43,504 nucleotides of DNA from a virus (taxonomy: Duplodnaviria > Heunggongvirae > Uroviricota > Caudoviricetes): the IMG/VR virus record IMGVR_UViG_646862326_000012, positions 1-43,504 of that record; one strand, given 5' to 3'. How positions within the stretch are numbered: the first letter of the stretch is position 1; every line of letters starts with the position of its first letter. A program made the position numbers and the translations under genes. Positions 37,482-43,504 of this stretch are shown here, one piece after another. Under the pieces are notes generated by a model, which worked only from the letters and a program-made list of their open reading frames with translations, did no database searches and was not told the origin of the DNA.

Positions 37482-39845
37482 GTGGATATGGCAGCAGTAA
37501 AAATCTCAGGTGTGCTGAAAGATGGTGCGGGTAAACCAATACAGAACTGCACTATTCAACTGAAGGCAAAGCGTAACAGCACCACGGTACTGGTGAACAC
37601 GGTGGCCTCTGAAAATCCGGATGAAGCCGGGCGTTACAGCATGGATGTTGAGTATGGCCAGTACAGCGTCATCCTGCTGGTTGAAGGTTTTCCGCCTTCA
37701 CATGCCGGGACCATTACCGTCTATGAAGGCTCCAGACCAGGTACGCTGAATGATTTTCTCGGTGCCATGACGGAAGATGATGTCATGCCGGAGGCATTGC
37801 GTCGTTTTGAGGCAATGGTGGAAGAAGCGGCACGCAACGCCGAAGCCGCCTCTCAGAGCGCAGCGGCGGCAAAGAAATCCGAAACTGCAGCGGCATCATC
37901 GAAGAACGCGGCGAAAACCTCAGAAACGAATGCAGCTAACAGCGCACAGGCGGCAGCGACCTCACAGACTGCATCGGCAAACTCCGCGACAGCAGCCAAA
38001 AAATCAGAAACCAACGCGAAAAACAGTGAGACAGCCGCAAAGACGAGCGAAACCAACGCAAAGTCCAGCCAGACGGCAGCGAAAACAAGCGAAACGAATG
38101 CCAAAGCCAGTGAAACTGCGGCGAAAAGCAGTCAGGATGCAGCAGCCGAAAGCGAGAGTGCTGCAGCTGGTTCTGCGACTTCAGCAGCTGGATCAGCAAC
38201 TGCTGCGGCTAACAGCCAGAAAGCCGCGAAGACGAGCGAAACTAACGCAAAGTCCAGCCAGACGGCAGCGAAGACCAGCGAAACGAATGCCAAAGCCAGC
38301 GAAACTGCGGCGAAAAACAGTCAGGATGCAGCAGCCCAAAGCGAGAGTGCCGCAGCTGGTTCTGCAACAGCGGCAGCTAATAGCCAAAAAGCTGCAAAAA
38401 CCAGTGAAACTAACGCAAAGACGAGTGAAACAAAAGCAGCAGCCAGCGAGACAGAAGCAACGTCAGCCGCAACAAGAGCAGAGAATGCAGCCCGGATTGC
38501 AGAAGATGCCGCTGATCCTGCTTCTGTCCCTCCGCTTCCTGATATCTGGCTACCTTTGAATGATTCTCTGGAAGCGATAACAGGGTATGCCCCGGGCTAT
38601 AAAACAATAACCATCGGCAGTGATGAAATAACAATGCCTGTTAATGGCATATGCCAATTTAGCCGGGCTTCATCTGCAACGTATATTGATAAGTCCGGGC
38701 ATATTACCGTGGCAGGCAATAACGTTCCTCGTTTTGAAAAATATGGTTTGCTGATAGAGAATCAGCGAACAAACATGTTCGTAAATAGTTTTAATCCTGA
38801 TGCGTGGAATAAAAGCGGTGGTATATCTGTAACATCATCAACAGATGAATTTGAGTTTAAATATGGACGTTTCACAGTAGGAAGTGAGATAGCAGGAACG
38901 ACAACAGGGAGAAATATATGCACAGTTGCTGGTAATAAAGGCATAGATGTGACTGGCGATGATCAGTACAGTAAAGGTCCGTATGTTACCGCGTCGTTCA
39001 GGGTAAGAAGTGATCTCAATGTTCGCGCACGTATCCGTTTTGAACGGTATAACTCGGAAGGATACACTTTCCTTTGTGACGCCTATTTGTCATTACAGAC
39101 TCATGAACTACAAATTACGGGTGGTAATGCCCAGCTATTAACAGCAAACTTTGAAATCGACCCTGGTAGTGGATGGATATATTTTCAGGCAACACTGAAA
39201 TGTCTGCCAGAATGGGGAATGGTTGGTACGCAGCTGCAAATTGCAGCCGACAGAGCAGTGGGGGCTTTTGCAACAGGTGACTGGATAGAAGTAACCACCC
39301 CGCAATTCGAGTATGGTGCTTGTGCAACTTCCTTCATCATAACGACAACAGAGCCAGCGACTCGTGCATCAGATTTATGTAAATTTCCGCTGATGAAAAA
39401 TATGTATACCATGCCTTTTACGTTCATGGCGGAAGTCCATAAAAACTGGTTTATTTCTCATAATGCAGCACCGCGTGTCATTGATTCAGAAAATCACCAG
39501 TCCGGAGGCCCATTTATTATGGGGTTTGGTTCTTCTGGAACTATCAGTCAGGACGGTTATTCGTATTGCGATATAGGCGGGGCTAACCGACGTGTATATG
39601 AATCATGCGGAGTAAGGGATCTCGTTATGGGATTCAGGGTTAAGGCTGACGGCATGACATGCTCATTTGCAAATAAGCATATAAGCACTGAAACAAAAAC
39701 AGTATGGAAATATATTCGTGAAGCAGCCGTGATTCGTATCGGGGGGCAAACGACGACAGGATTACGACACCTTAATGGTCATATAAAAAACCTCCGTTTC
39801 TGGAACAGAGCATTGTCAGATACGCAGCTTAAGGAATACGTATAA
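37482..39845 (+). CDS. stf: Side tail fibre protein (Stf-like N-terminus, Ala/Ser/Thr-rich repeat collar, AT-rich C-terminal lectin-like domain)
   Basis: 787 aa. N-terminus MAVKISGVLKDGAGKPIQNCTIQLKA resembles lambda Stf. Central tandem repeats (AAKTSETNAKSSQTAAK...). C-terminus ends ...NLRFWNRALSDTQLKEYV, reminiscent of LamG/ConA-like lectin domains. Confidence 0.85.
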   Translation: MDMAAVKISGVLKDGAGKPIQNCTIQLKAKRNSTTVLVNTVASENPDEAGRYSMDVEYGQYSVILLVEGFPPSHAGTITVYEGSRPGTLNDFLGAMTEDDVMPEALRRFEAMVEEAARNAEAASQSAAAAKKSETAAASSKNAAKTSETNAANSAQAAATSQTASANSATAAKKSETNAKNSETAAKTSETNAKSSQTAAKTSETNAKASETAAKSSQDAAAESESAAAGSATSAAGSATAAANSQKAAKTSETNAKSSQTAAKTSETNAKASETAAKNSQDAAAQSESAAAGSATAAANSQKAAKTSETNAKTSETKAAASETEATSAATRAENAARIAEDAADPASVPPLPDIWLPLNDSLEAITGYAPGYKTITIGSDEITMPVNGICQFSRASSATYIDKSGHITVAGNNVPRFEKYGLLIENQRTNMFVNSFNPDAWNKSGGISVTSSTDEFEFKYGRFTVGSEIAGTTTGRNICTVAGNKGIDVTGDDQYSKGPYVTASFRVRSDLNVRARIRFERYNSEGYTFLCDAYLSLQTHELQITGGNAQLLTANFEIDPGSGWIYFQATLKCLPEWGMVGTQLQIAADRAVGAFATGDWIEVTTPQFEYGACATSFIITTTEPATRASDLCKFPLMKNMYTMPFTFMAEVHKNWFISHNAAPRVIDSENHQSGGPFIMGFGSSGTISQDGYSYCDIGGANRRVYESCGVRDLVMGFRVKADGMTCSFANKHISTETKTVWKYIREAAVIRIGGQTTTGLRHLNGHIKNLRFWNRALSDTQLKEYV
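38041..38369. repeat. In-frame tandem duplication (approx. 189-bp unit, two near-identical copies) inside the tail fibre gene
   Basis: 38041-38180 and 38230-38369 are near-identical (for example AGACGAGCGAAAC[C/T]AACGCAAAGTCCAGCCAGACGGCAGCGAA...); the 189-bp offset preserves the reading frame. Confidence 0.8.
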
Positions 39846-40114
39846 TGCGGGATATAACATTACGATTCGATAACAGAGAACAGTTTAACGCAATTGTATA
39901 TGACAGTGGCCTGTTCAGTCTTGAAGAAGAAAATGGGATTCTTGTTGATGTTATTGGTTGCATTATCGATTACGAGGAGCCAGAAAACGAAAGATGTACA
40001 GGCATTGATCGCGGTGGTTTTTTCGTAAACATGAGGATTGTTGATAGCAGTAAAAACATATCTTCTTTAATGCCTTTCATTACGACAGATCAGCATGTAA
40101 GGACATGGGCTTAA
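39845..40114 (+). CDS. Hypothetical protein (89 aa), possible fibre accessory/assembly factor
   Basis: TAATG overlap with the stf stop; AT-rich; no recognised motif. Confidence 0.45.
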   Translation: MRDITLRFDNREQFNAIVYDSGLFSLEEENGILVDVIGCIIDYEEPENERCTGIDRGGFFVNMRIVDSSKNISSLMPFITTDQHVRTWA

Positions 40115-40126
40115 TGGAGTAAGACA

Positions 40127-41167
40127 ATGGTTACAAAAACAGTAATTCCTGATGACATCAAAACGCTAAAATCGGATGTTAGTAAATTAAAAACCGATCA
40201 AGGAAACTACGCAACAAAATCTTATGTAGACAATAAAACAACATGGAATGGTTATTGCAATGTAATCTATGATCAAAAAACATTGCCAACAACTGGAACT
40301 ATATTCAGCGGTAAGCTGCATTTGTCAAATAAGACTGGTGAAACGGAAAACGCTTATAGTGACATATATACCAGAAAAAATATTGATGGTACTAAAGATA
40401 CAATGACGAGGATCGTCACACATAACGGGAAAAAAGGTATCTTTTGGGACTTTAGTGATCTTTACGGAGGAACTTTAATTTTTCCAGGCAGTGATGGTTA
40501 CCTTAAGATGGGGAACTGTCTCATGTCGTATGGTGTGCGGGGAAGTAACGCGCTTATTAAGTTTGATAATACAGACTCATTGCAGATCAAATATGCTAAT
40601 CACGGGTCGACCATGACACTAAACACGCAAGGTACGGCGTATTCTGGTGTGTCGACGTTATTATGGGGAAATTCCAGTCGTCCAGTTGTTTATGAAATTA
40701 GGGATGATGGCGGGCTTTTTTTGTTTTATGCACAAAGGAACCCAGATAAAACCTATCAGCTTGAGATAAACGGGCCATGCAAGGCTACATCATTCGACCA
40801 GGTGTCGGACAGAGATCTTAAAGAAAACATTCAGGTTATTGATAATGCCACTGAGCGCATCAGATTAATGAATGGGTATACTTACCGTCTCAAGTCTAAT
40901 GGTATGCCTTATGCTGGCGTTATTGCGCAAGAGGCACTTAATGCAATCCCTGAATCAGTTGGTAGCACAATAAAGTACAAGAGCGGGGACAATGGGTCTG
41001 ATGGAGAAGAGGGAGAAAGATACTATACCGTCGATTACTCAGGCGTAACGGGTTTGCTTGTTCAGGTAGCCAGAGAGTCAGACGACAGGATAACAGCACT
41101 GGAAGAAGAAAACGCAGAATTAAGACAAAGATTATCTGCAATTGAGGCGGCGCTTGCGTCTAAATAA
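40127..41167 (+). CDS. Tail fibre / tailspike-like protein with C-terminal S74 intramolecular chaperone (autoproteolytic) domain
   Basis: 346 aa. C-terminal SDRDLKENIQVIDNA...LMNGYTYRLKSNG...AGVIAQEA...YTVDYSGVTGLLVQ then coiled coil: the signature of the peptidase S74 / endosialidase chaperone domain. AT-rich. Confidence 0.7.
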   Translation: MVTKTVIPDDIKTLKSDVSKLKTDQGNYATKSYVDNKTTWNGYCNVIYDQKTLPTTGTIFSGKLHLSNKTGETENAYSDIYTRKNIDGTKDTMTRIVTHNGKKGIFWDFSDLYGGTLIFPGSDGYLKMGNCLMSYGVRGSNALIKFDNTDSLQIKYANHGSTMTLNTQGTAYSGVSTLLWGNSSRPVVYEIRDDGGLFLFYAQRNPDKTYQLEINGPCKATSFDQVSDRDLKENIQVIDNATERIRLMNGYTYRLKSNGMPYAGVIAQEALNAIPESVGSTIKYKSGDNGSDGEEGERYYTVDYSGVTGLLVQVARESDDRITALEEENAELRQRLSAIEAALASK

Positions 41168-41173
41168 TATTAA

Positions 41174-41194
41174 GGGGCCGAGCGCCCCGTTTTA
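41174..41194 (+). terminator. Hairpin plus T-run after the S74-domain fibre gene
   Basis: GGGGCCGAGCGCCCCG followed by TTTTATT. Confidence 0.45.
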
Positions 41195-41497
41195 TTGAGT
41201 AGGATGAAAATGGATATAACACCTTTCCTTCATGCGCTTTGTGCTGTGGCTGCGCAGCTACTGATTGGTCTTTTTACCGGGAACTGGGCTTACGGGGCGA
41301 TAGCCGGTTGTACGTTCTTCATTGCGCGTGAACACACCCAGGCAGAATATCGCTGGATTGAAATGTTCGGGCATGGCAAGCGAATGAATATGCCGTGGTG
41401 GGGCGGTTTTGATCCGCGCGCGTGGGATGTGGCAAGCCTGATGGATTTTGCTGTGCCGGTGGTGGCGTGTCTGCTGATCTGGCTGTTGATCCGTTAA
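41195..41497 (+). CDS. Hypothetical small membrane protein (100 aa)
   Basis: Two hydrophobic segments (LHALCAVAAQLLIGLF; FAVPVVACLLIWLLI); last rightward gene before the convergent RT module. Confidence 0.5.
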   Translation: MSRMKMDITPFLHALCAVAAQLLIGLFTGNWAYGAIAGCTFFIAREHTQAEYRWIEMFGHGKRMNMPWWGGFDPRAWDVASLMDFAVPVVACLLIWLLIR

Positions 41498-41505
41498 ATA
41501 TAAAA

Positions 41506-41541
41506 AGCCGCAGTAACTTGCCATGGCAGGATACTGCGGCT
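41506..41541. terminator. 36-bp near-perfect palindrome: bidirectional terminator between the phage late genes and the RT module
   Basis: AGCCGCAGTAACTTGCCATGGCAGGATACTGCGGCT is nearly its own reverse complement, with A/T runs on both sides; sits between convergent genes. Confidence 0.6.
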
Positions 41542-41604
41542 GGTTTGTGAGTTTAAATAGTGTGTTTATTGCGGTATATTTAAAGGACTTAATGGATTAC
41601 ATAT

Positions 41605-42981
41605 CTATGATATTCCTGAGATATCCTCTTCAAGCTCTTTTACTGATTTCGCAATTTTAAATTTAAACTTCCTCTCTATTTCACTATTGCTAAGTTTTTT
41701 TTCCTTCTCTTTACCTATCCACATAGAAACAAGTTCTCGTTTCTGAGATATATGTAAATTATCAAAGTTAGGTATGTATTTAAAAGTCTCCGCTCTACCT
41801 CTGCGGAGTTCATAGAAAGTTTTAATTAAAGACTTTGGTTTTATTTCTGATGAAAGGCCGAATCGGCGGATAAGATTATTGATAGTATGATTAACAGAGC
41901 GAAGTTGAGCTGTTGAGGTTATTTGTGAGAAGTACGATACCCATCCCAATCGTTTACCTTCAAACACACATCCCGTAATTCTGAGATTTAGTTTCCACTG
42001 ACAATATGCAACAGCTCGTTCTTTATCACGCTTACTTTTAGCTTGTAGTAGAGCGTGCCTGTATGCAGTAAAAATCCTTGCTAAAGATGACTCAAATCTA
42101 AGAATGCTCTCATGTTTTATCAATAATTCTCGATTTTCTATGTGGTATCCCAAAAAGTTAAAACTTTCATCCAAGCTGCCTACTTTGGATTTTGAGTTCT
42201 CTTCATTTAATGGATGTGGGTTTAAATTTAATGATTGAAGCTTATCAATGATATGAGAAGCTATTTTTGTTGCTTGATATTTTGGTGTTAAAATAAGAAT
42301 GTCATCAACGTATCGCATGTACCATATGTCATGCATTTTATTGATTTCATCATCAAAATTAGATAGTGATATTTCAGCTAAAATGTTTGATATCGCTAAT
42401 CCCTGAGGTACTCCTCTGGTATTATTCGGGATACCTTTGCTTCCTGTTGTTCCACTTACAGTAGGCACGATTAATGATGATGTTATTAACTGTCTAATTT
42501 CTTTTTTTCTAATTTTATTTTTTATTGCATTAATTATCAATTTATGTTCAATTGAAGGATAGAAACTTTTAAGATCTATTTTTGCATATTCAGCATAAAG
42601 ACTGCTGTTTAATGCTTCTTTCAATGAGTCAATTACTGTATGTGGTAGTTTTAATCTGGAGTTAGGATATATTTCCGTAAGGCATTCACAGAGAGCTCTA
42701 AGAGTAATTCTGTCCCTAGCAGTTGGTATGGAAATCTGTCTGGGTGTAGAGTTAGCGCCTTTAGATATTAATTTTTCTTTATATGCTGTAAATTTGTAAT
42801 TGCCAGAGTTAACCTTTTCAAAAATGAAAGCGATCTCATTTTTTATTGTCAAATCAAGTTTTGATGGGCGAATCCGATCTATGCCAATCGCTCCTGATTC
42901 TTTGATTTTTTCAGTGTATACTTTTAGAAGGTTTTTTTTCGAGAATGACTTTTTAAAAATTCTGCTTGCAGTCATAGTCAA
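41605..42981 (-). CDS. Reverse transcriptase (defence-associated / Abi- or retron-like RT) with approx. 200-aa C-terminal extension
   Basis: 458 aa, AT-rich. RT motifs readable in order: IPTARDRITLRAL (motif 1/2), IDLKSFYPSI (motif A aspartate), GVPQGLAISNILAEISL (motif B), YVDD at residues 224-227 (nt 42301-42312, motif C), FLGYHI (motif E-like). Unclassified C-terminal region. Confidence 0.85.
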   Translation of the reverse strand: MTMTASRIFKKSFSKKNLLKVYTEKIKESGAIGIDRIRPSKLDLTIKNEIAFIFEKVNSGNYKFTAYKEKLISKGANSTPRQISIPTARDRITLRALCECLTEIYPNSRLKLPHTVIDSLKEALNSSLYAEYAKIDLKSFYPSIEHKLIINAIKNKIRKKEIRQLITSSLIVPTVSGTTGSKGIPNNTRGVPQGLAISNILAEISLSNFDDEINKMHDIWYMRYVDDILILTPKYQATKIASHIIDKLQSLNLNPHPLNEENSKSKVGSLDESFNFLGYHIENRELLIKHESILRFESSLARIFTAYRHALLQAKSKRDKERAVAYCQWKLNLRITGCVFEGKRLGWVSYFSQITSTAQLRSVNHTINNLIRRFGLSSEIKPKSLIKTFYELRRGRAETFKYIPNFDNLHISQKRELVSMWIGKEKEKKLSNSEIERKFKFKIAKSVKELEEDISGIS

Positions 42982-43504
42982 TCCAAAGATATATTAATGG
43001 GAGTATATAAAGGGCGGCAGTAGTAAATATTCGAAGTAATATCCATAAAATAACAATTATTTTTTCTTTTTGTGTGGGGATCCTCGTCGTAAGTCCAACT
43101 TGAGTTACCCTTGAAATTTTATCATCTATGTCACGGTGATTCTCAACCTCATTGAGCAAATTAAAATATTTTTCTTTCTGTTCAAGAGTTAACTGTTGAC
43201 TGGTGGTAATGTCAAAATAGAGTCGCTGTAGTGCAATATAATTCCTTCTCATGGCTATTGCTCGACCACGAAAATCTAGGTTAGATACGATCAGCGAAAT
43301 ACCCAGTAGGGCCACCGAAAGTATTGCCGCAACGATATCTGTGTTATCTCCTAGAACTTTTGGAAATCGCAACGTTACAATTGAAAGTACCGCACTCAAT
43401 ATAGCATACCAAACGAGGATAAATTGAGAGTGCTTTTCAAGCCATTCTAGTCGATGGTGCGCTTGGATACGGGCTTTATATGTAAACCAAATATTGTCAT
43501 GCAT
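42953..43504 (-). CDS. Multi-pass membrane protein upstream of and overlapping the RT (possibly truncated at the window edge)
   Basis: At least 183 aa, with 3-4 predicted TM helices (FILVWYAILSAVLSIVTL; IVAAILSVALLGISLIVS; IIVILWILLRIFTTAALYILPLIYLWI). Its 3' end overlaps the RT start by 29 nt, so co-transcription is likely. The ORF reaches the last base of the window, so the true start may lie beyond it. Confidence 0.6.
   Translation of the reverse strand: MHDNIWFTYKARIQAHHRLEWLEKHSQFILVWYAILSAVLSIVTLRFPKVLGDNTDIVAAILSVALLGISLIVSNLDFRGRAIAMRRNYIALQRLYFDITTSQQLTLEQKEKYFNLLNEVENHRDIDDKISRVTQVGLTTRIPTQKEKIIVILWILLRIFTTAALYILPLIYLWIDYDCKQNF

Noticed and set aside
37777-38634. Several ORFs in other frames and on the minus strand (260 aa +, and 83/87/64/74 aa -) inside the tail fibre repeat region
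   Set aside because: They fall entirely within the repetitive, GC- and Ala-codon-rich collar of the fibre gene. Such sequence is open in many frames. The products are low-complexity Arg/Gln/Pro strings without ribosome-binding sites.

Overview
This window is most of a lambdoid prophage from an enterobacterium (E. coli-like). Left to right: a P4-type tyrosine integrase; an AT-rich cargo gene; a leftward early operon (excisionase, PAPS-reductase-fold PP-loop protein, HD-domain 5'-deoxynucleotidase, DUF2303-like protein); the cI/cro immunity switch with palindromic operators; a tightly overlapping rightward early operon (CII-like, O-like replication protein with iteron-like repeats, Dam-type methyltransferase, LexA-DNA-binding-domain protein, RusA, KilA-N, DUF968, antiterminator Q); a lipoprotein moron and a tRNA cluster at the position stx occupies in Stx phages; a phage-21-type lysis cassette (holin, SAR endolysin, Rz/Rz1); a lambda-like cos site; terminase, portal and a ClpP-protease/capsid fusion; lambda-like tail genes Z-U-V-G-T-H-M-L-K-I-J; lom; a side tail fibre with an internal tandem duplication; a second fibre protein with a C-terminal S74 intramolecular-chaperone domain. 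The right edge carries a convergent AT-rich module encoding a reverse transcriptase (YVDD active site) and an overlapping multi-pass membrane protein. That RT/membrane-protein pair is the best candidate for an undescribed, probably anti-phage, system; the integrase-proximal cargo gene is the second. All calls come from reading the sequence and from remembered family signatures; no database search or folding was run, so family names are hypotheses.
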